DNA of 51,307 bases from a virus (lineage: Duplodnaviria; Caudoviricetes): the IMG/VR virus record IMGVR_UViG_3300027987_000471, positions 1 to 51,307 of that record. One strand, 5' to 3'. Shown one piece after another: positions 46,724 to 51,307 of this stretch (the first letter of the stretch is position 1; each line of letters starts with the position of its first letter). A program made the position numbers and the translations under genes. The notes under the pieces are model-generated. The model had not been told where the DNA came from. It did not search any database and saw nothing but the letters and a program-made list of their open reading frames with translations.

Positions 46724-46926
46724 TTTTTGACCTCACTCATTTCCGCTATGCTTTTCCAGAAGTCATCTGAATCTTTGTTTATTTGTTCTAATTTTGAAAG
46801 TCTTTCTTCGATAGAATTTATTTTTGATTCTATCTCTGATGCCATATAGTTTATTAAATTAGATATGCGGTATCTGGTATCCCACATTATTGATTCATGC
46901 ACTATTTTAGTCAGCCGATTATACAT
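46720..46926 (-). CDS. Hypothetical protein
   Basis: GGAG RBS; in operon. Confidence 0.55.
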   Translation of the reverse strand: MYNRLTKIVHESIMWDTRYRISNLINYMASEIESKINSIEERLSKLEQINKDSDDFWKSIAEMSEVKK

Positions 46927-46929
46927 TTT

Positions 46930-47232
46930 TTACTCCAAATTTAGTTTTGCTGCGTAGCTGATCGAAGGCTCTGTGGAAGGTCGAGGCTTAAGCCAGCTGC
47001 GCAGCATGGCTACATGGCCATTTATAGCAGCTTCTACCGCTTCTTCGGTTGCATACAGATAGCTGTCTATAACGATTGTGTCTTTACCGGACACTACGTG
47101 TTTTTTGCTTGTAATGTAGATAGCAAAATTCTCGTGATCTTCGAATATGCCATTTATTTTTATTTTTTCTGGCCAGCATGTTCCATCAAAAAAGAAAACT
47201 TCGTCGCCGAGTTTGAAATGTTTTTTTGTCAT
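46930..47232 (-). CDS. Hypothetical protein
   Basis: GAGGTAAC RBS; F..GD.V start. Confidence 0.6.
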   Translation of the reverse strand: MTKKHFKLGDEVFFFDGTCWPEKIKINGIFEDHENFAIYITSKKHVVSGKDTIVIDSYLYATEEAVEAAINGHVAMLRSWLKPRPSTEPSISYAAKLNLE

Positions 47233-47245
47233 GTCGTTACCTCTT

Positions 47246-47458
47246 TTATCCTTTTATGTAAAAGGGCGATCCGGGGTTATTCATAGCGCGAAAATCGTAA
47301 CCAAGCCTTATCACCTTATTCATTTCAGGGATAAGGCTTATAGTTACATAGTCTCCTGCTTTTTCGGCCGCGATTCGTTCGGCTTTTTTGCGGCGGTAGG
47401 CTACTTGAGCTTTGATGTATTCTGTAGCGAGCGCTAATTTTTTCTTGCTTTTTGTCAT
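47246..47458 (-). CDS. Hypothetical protein
   Basis: GGAGGTAAC RBS before the ATG at 47458. Confidence 0.6.
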   Translation of the reverse strand: MTKSKKKLALATEYIKAQVAYRRKKAERIAAEKAGDYVTISLIPEMNKVIRLGYDFRAMNNPGSPFYIKG

Positions 47459-47463
47459 TATCG

Positions 47464-47670
47464 TTACCTCCAACCGTTTGCCAAAGCCACCGAGTAGGCC
47501 AAATCTTGCTGGTAGTGAGCTTCATCCTCTTTTTCAGTCCGCCAACCGCCACCTCGATTTACGCGACCACAGGTCAAGCATAGTCGGCTGCCTTCATCAG
47601 TGCTCGGACTGCCGTTAAAAATTGTTGTGTCCGTGCTGCCGCATTTGCATCTAGTTTTCGTCATTGTCAT
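47464..47670 (-). CDS. Zn-ribbon-like early protein
   Basis: Promoter plus AGGAGG; CKCGS...CLTCG. Confidence 0.6.
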   Translation of the reverse strand: MTMTKTRCKCGSTDTTIFNGSPSTDEGSRLCLTCGRVNRGGGWRTEKEDEAHYQQDLAYSVALANGWR

Positions 47671-47684
47671 TACCTCCTGAAAGC

Positions 47685-47713
47685 AATTTAAATCAGATTT
47701 AGATAGCTGTCAA
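47685..47713 (-). promoter_or_regulatory. Early promoter with palindromic operator
   Basis: TTGACA-17-TAAATT; TAAATC-A-GATTTA at 47689-47701. Confidence 0.8.
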
Positions 47714-47777
47714 CTTTTTGTTTGCGGAAAGAGCACATTACAGTATATATTAAAATTGACGAAACTGGAGGTCTGAA

Positions 47778-48113
47778 ATGGCAAATGAAGTATTAGATAT
47801 ATGTAAAAATATACAAGATATGCTCAAAAAGCAGCCGACGGCAGATGACATTCGAAAAATAGTAAAAGAACAGCTGGATGTACATGAAAATTCATGTCCG
47901 GCACGGCAATCGCATTCAGAGCTGAAAGATAGAATAGGAAATTCTGAGATAAAAATATCTAATGTTGTTTCAGATTTAGCAGGCTTAAAAGGACGCTTGC
48001 TCGGTCCCGCAGTTTTTTCTAGGCGCCTGAGCCCCAAGGTTTTAGTAGCTATCGGGACGATACTCGGCGCGGCTGTCCCGATAGCTATGTTGATTTTTAG
48101 TGCGCTGAAATAA
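47778..48113 (+). CDS. Coiled-coil protein with a C-terminal transmembrane helix
   Basis: GGAGG RBS; VLVAIGTILGAAVPIAMLIF. Confidence 0.6.
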   Translation: MANEVLDICKNIQDMLKKQPTADDIRKIVKEQLDVHENSCPARQSHSELKDRIGNSEIKISNVVSDLAGLKGRLLGPAVFSRRLSPKVLVAIGTILGAAVPIAMLIFSALK

Positions 48114-48120
48114 TTTTGGT

Positions 48121-48150
48121 TTGACAGTTTCGGTTTTTTCTGTTCATAGT
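48121..48150 (+). promoter_or_regulatory. Putative promoter for the head genes (leaderless start)
   Basis: TTGACA-18-CATAGT; ATG 6 nt downstream and no SD. Confidence 0.45.
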
Positions 48151-48156
48151 TAAACT

Positions 48157-49365
48157 ATGAGCGAATTTCATAAGGAAATCGTAGTTTCTCGCAAAGATTC
48201 TAAAGAAGAACATGAAGTTTCTGTAGAAAAACGCTTTGATTTCATAAAGTTAGGCTCTAAAGCGCGCAAAACCAAGCATGGGTTTTTGCGTGTACCCGCG
48301 GCTTTTACGAGAGCTGGTATTTTAAAATACAAAAGAGCCGACGGAACCGTTATTCGTGAGCTTCGGCACCCCGATGATGTTTTTGAGCCTGAAGCTATGT
48401 CTACATTAGAGGCTTTGCCTATAATTGTAGACCATGTTGTGGAAGAGGTAAGCACGGCTAATTATAAGCAGGTGCAAGTAGGGTTGACAGCTACCAGCGT
48501 TAGAAGAGATGCAACTGATCACGCGTTAGGAGAAGCGATTATTCAGGATCCTGAGGCGATAAGAGCTGTAGGCGAGGGCGAACTTGTTGAGTTTTCTCCT
48601 TGCTATGAGTGCGTGATCGATCCAACTCCCGGTGTTTATAAAGGTGAAAAATACGATCAAAGGCAGCGTCGAATTCGGTATGATAATTTGGCACTAGGGC
48701 CTTCTGGTTGGGGGAGAAGCGGGCCTACTGTAAGTTTTCGCATGGACGGCGGAGCTTTTTGTGGTCTGGAAGAAGAGCAACTAAAAAAAGAGGAGATTAT
48801 AGCGATGGAAGAATTTGAGATTAGGCTTGACGGCGTTGTCTATAAATTGAGCACAGCGCCCGGGGCACAAGGGCCTTTTTTGGCTGCTGTGCAGAAAATC
48901 AAGCAGCGCGCAGATTCGGCTGAGGGCGAAATTGCGCGGCTGAAGGGCGAAGTTGACGCGGCTAAATTGGCAGGAGAAGAGCTGAAGAAAAGGCTCGATT
49001 CGGCGCTTTCGCCCGAGAATATCGAAGCCGCGGTAAAAGAGCGAGCTGAGGTTGTGGCGAAAGCAAAAGCGCTTCTTCCGGACATCCGAACCGATGGCTT
49101 GAGTAATGAGGAGATCATGCTTCAAGTCGTTAAGTCCAAACAGCTTCGCCTGGACGGTATCTCCAAAGAGCATCTTTCGGGGTATGTCGCTGGCGCATTT
49201 GCCGGGTTTGCTGTTGAAGAATCTTCGACTGCGGCGAAGCCTAAATATCCTGAAATCGGAACAAAGCCCGATACAAGGCAGGACAGCGGATCAGATCTCC
49301 CTCCTGATGTGCTGGCACGGCAGCGTATGGTACAAGCGGGGCGTGGCGTAGAGGAGGCCAAATAA
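48157..49365 (+). CDS. Prohead protease / scaffold (DUF2213-like)
   Basis: T..GFL.....TRAG...Y, ELR.PD.VF, P...DH, E.S..Y and QR.IRY..LA....GR.G motifs; coiled-coil C-terminus. Confidence 0.9.
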   Translation: MSEFHKEIVVSRKDSKEEHEVSVEKRFDFIKLGSKARKTKHGFLRVPAAFTRAGILKYKRADGTVIRELRHPDDVFEPEAMSTLEALPIIVDHVVEEVSTANYKQVQVGLTATSVRRDATDHALGEAIIQDPEAIRAVGEGELVEFSPCYECVIDPTPGVYKGEKYDQRQRRIRYDNLALGPSGWGRSGPTVSFRMDGGAFCGLEEEQLKKEEIIAMEEFEIRLDGVVYKLSTAPGAQGPFLAAVQKIKQRADSAEGEIARLKGEVDAAKLAGEELKKRLDSALSPENIEAAVKERAEVVAKAKALLPDIRTDGLSNEEIMLQVVKSKQLRLDGISKEHLSGYVAGAFAGFAVEESSTAAKPKYPEIGTKPDTRQDSGSDLPPDVLARQRMVQAGRGVEEAK

Positions 49366-49366
49366 A

Positions 49367-50197
49367 ATGATTACTTCCATTCTTGACGAAAGAGCGCCGG
49401 TATATTCCGGCATGGTTGTAGGACGGCCTCTTGAGAGGCGCACGGGCGTGGCCAGTGAGCGGATCTATTTCGGTAAAGCGGTATCGATTGCTGCTGCTTC
49501 TGATTTGACGCTTGATCCTGTTTTGAATCTGTTTACTGACACTCAGCAGTTTATGGGCGTGTCGGTTGCGGACACAACGCTAGAAGCGCTAGCAGATCCG
49601 GTTACGGGCATCCCGAATACCGCGCCGTTTGGCGCTCACAGCGAAAATCGTCCCTTTGCTTACGTAAGAAAGGGAAGGATTTGGGTTCATTCGGATACGC
49701 AAATCACATCTAGAGCGCTGGGTGTGTTTGTGAAAGACGAAGATGACCTTGGCACTCCGGCGACAGTGCTTTCAACCGCTTTCGCTGCAGATTCCAGTGG
49801 GCTATCTTTCACTGTTACGGTTGCCGGCTTTGCTGTTCAGACTGTGACAATGCCGGCAGGCACAACGTCTCTTGCTGCGGCGGCTTCTCAGATCAATAAC
49901 CAGATCGTAGGAGCTTATGCCCAAGTGGTCGGTTCTCAAATTCAGTTGGTCACTTATCAAATCGGCAGCACGATGACCATCGCGGCTACTGATTCGACTA
50001 CGGATATCGTTTGGGATACTCCCGTGGCCGGTGCTGGTGATACTGCAATTTACGACTGGAACGCTAGAGGCACTTTCCATGCTTCGACGGCAGCTACTCC
50101 AGTTGCGGGGTATACAGAAATTACTGCTTACAGTAGTTGGGAAGCGGCTCAAACAGTTAACGGGAGATATTATGGTCTCCTGGAAGTCAAACTGTAA
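49367..50197 (+). CDS. Head decoration / cement protein with an inserted beta domain
   Basis: I.FG.AV, F.GVSV and V.KGRIWV motifs; lies between protease and capsid genes. Confidence 0.75.
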   Translation: MITSILDERAPVYSGMVVGRPLERRTGVASERIYFGKAVSIAAASDLTLDPVLNLFTDTQQFMGVSVADTTLEALADPVTGIPNTAPFGAHSENRPFAYVRKGRIWVHSDTQITSRALGVFVKDEDDLGTPATVLSTAFAADSSGLSFTVTVAGFAVQTVTMPAGTTSLAAAASQINNQIVGAYAQVVGSQIQLVTYQIGSTMTIAATDSTTDIVWDTPVAGAGDTAIYDWNARGTFHASTAATPVAGYTEITAYSSWEAAQTVNGRYYGLLEVKL

Positions 50198-50208
50198 GGA
50201 GGATTCTG

Positions 50209-51171
50209 ATGGACGAACTTCTTTATAAAATCATGCTCGAAATCGGCGCTATTCCTGCACACGTGACGAGGGCTGACGCTGGCGGGTATACCAAAAATCT
50301 GTATGACGAGCTTACCGCGGTAAAGGTTACTACCTATGATCAGAGGTATGTTGCCTTCAAAGCGAGGCGGTTGATTCCGATTACGAACGATACTTCTCCG
50401 GCAGCGGAAAAAGTGAAATACTACGCTTGGTCCGAATTCGGCATGAGCCAGATCATTGCGAAGTATAGTGACGATCTGCCCTTGGTGACCGCGCTAAGGC
50501 AGTCCTTCGAAGTTCCTATTGTGCCGTTCGGGCAAGCCTATGAGTATACGGTCCAGGACATTATTCGAGCCGCCACGGCAGGCGAGAGTTTGTCTGCGCG
50601 TGATGCGATTGCTTGCCGGACTGTGTTTGAGCAGACAGTCGAAACCGTTGCTGCTGTAGGCAATACCAAAACCGGTTTGACCGGCCTAGCGAATCATCCC
50701 AATGTCACGATCTATGTTCCGGCTACTGGTACGTGGTCTGGCGCTACTGGCCTTGAAATGGCTTTGGACATGATCGGCTTTTTGAACGCGATTATCATTG
50801 CGTGCAAAGAGGTCTTTATGCCCAATACGCTTGTGCTCGATATTACGAACTATCGGCGTTTCATGACGACACCGGTTTCTACTACCGGCGACACAATGAA
50901 CACTGCAGCGCGCTATTTCACGACCAACGCGGGGCAAGAAGTCAGAATCGAGAGCTGGAACAAGCTCGCAACAGCGGACGCCGCAGGAACTGGGCCACGA
51001 GCTGTTATGTATCCCTTCGATCGCATGGTGCTTGAGATGGAAATTCCTCTTGAGTACACTGAACTTCCGCCACAGGCTAAAAATTTGGCGTTTATCGTCA
51101 ATACTCATGGCCGAATCGGCGGCGTGAATATGTACTACCCGCCGGCTGTCGGCTATATGGACGGTCTGTAA
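50209..51171 (+). CDS. Major capsid protein (DUF2184-like, HK97 fold)
   Basis: DDLP.V, Y.Y...DI..A, GL.NHPNV, P.TL.L and R.GGV..YYP....Y.DG motifs. Confidence 0.93.
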   Translation: MDELLYKIMLEIGAIPAHVTRADAGGYTKNLYDELTAVKVTTYDQRYVAFKARRLIPITNDTSPAAEKVKYYAWSEFGMSQIIAKYSDDLPLVTALRQSFEVPIVPFGQAYEYTVQDIIRAATAGESLSARDAIACRTVFEQTVETVAAVGNTKTGLTGLANHPNVTIYVPATGTWSGATGLEMALDMIGFLNAIIIACKEVFMPNTLVLDITNYRRFMTTPVSTTGDTMNTAARYFTTNAGQEVRIESWNKLATADAAGTGPRAVMYPFDRMVLEMEIPLEYTELPPQAKNLAFIVNTHGRIGGVNMYYPPAVGYMDGL

Positions 51172-51307
51172 ATTGTGCGGAGACGAAAAGGAGCAAAAAT
51201 GAAAGTCGAGTTTGCTAACGAAGGAAGCGGCGAAAATAAAATTCAAGAAAAACCTAAAACGCTGGTTATCTTGAATAAAACTAAAGCTGCTTACTGCCTG
51301 CCTTCTC
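51164..51307. repeat. Terminal direct repeat, copy 2
   Basis: Identical to 1-144. Confidence 0.97.

Noticed and set aside
1363-51246. Many antisense and out-of-frame ORFs in the track (e.g. 4281-4925, 5016-5654, 50686-51246)
   Set aside because: They are shadows of well-supported genes, with no RBS or recognisable motifs.
1-51307. Alternative genetic code, introns or inteins
   Set aside because: Core genes are full length under the standard code with all three stops used, and terL, polymerase and helicase show no insertions.

Overview
The window is a complete, circularly permuted genome of a contractile-tailed (myovirus-type) dsDNA phage. Unit length is 51,163 bp: positions 1-144 are repeated exactly at 51164-51307. 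Layout: (i) neck, tail, baseplate and fibre genes on + (36-18836); (ii) a convergent - strand replication block with a lytic transglycosylase, RuvC-like resolvase, family A DNA polymerase, SF2 helicase and Cas4-like nuclease (18898-28210); (iii) divergent small early genes under a repeated promoter/palindromic operator, then a primase-helicase (28345-35103); (iv) a ~900-bp AT-rich non-coding region built of inverted repeats (probable origin); (v) an accessory block with an ASCH protein, a Mom/XF1762-like enzyme inside a 76-bp duplication, two unannotated paralogous Arg-rich micropeptides, a PAPS-reductase-like PP-loop enzyme, a ParB/Srx protein, a candidate structured RNA and a beta-helix lipoprotein (36023-42054); (vi) terminases, portal and head genes (42260-51171), interrupted by an antisense early operon. 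I recognise no integrase, tRNA, CRISPR array or reverse transcriptase. The best candidates for an undescribed system are the micropeptide/PP-loop/ParB/ASCH/Mom-like cassette, the structured RNA at 40083-40325, and two core tail proteins fused to long adhesin or fibre modules. All family assignments come from recalled motifs and synteny, not from database searches.
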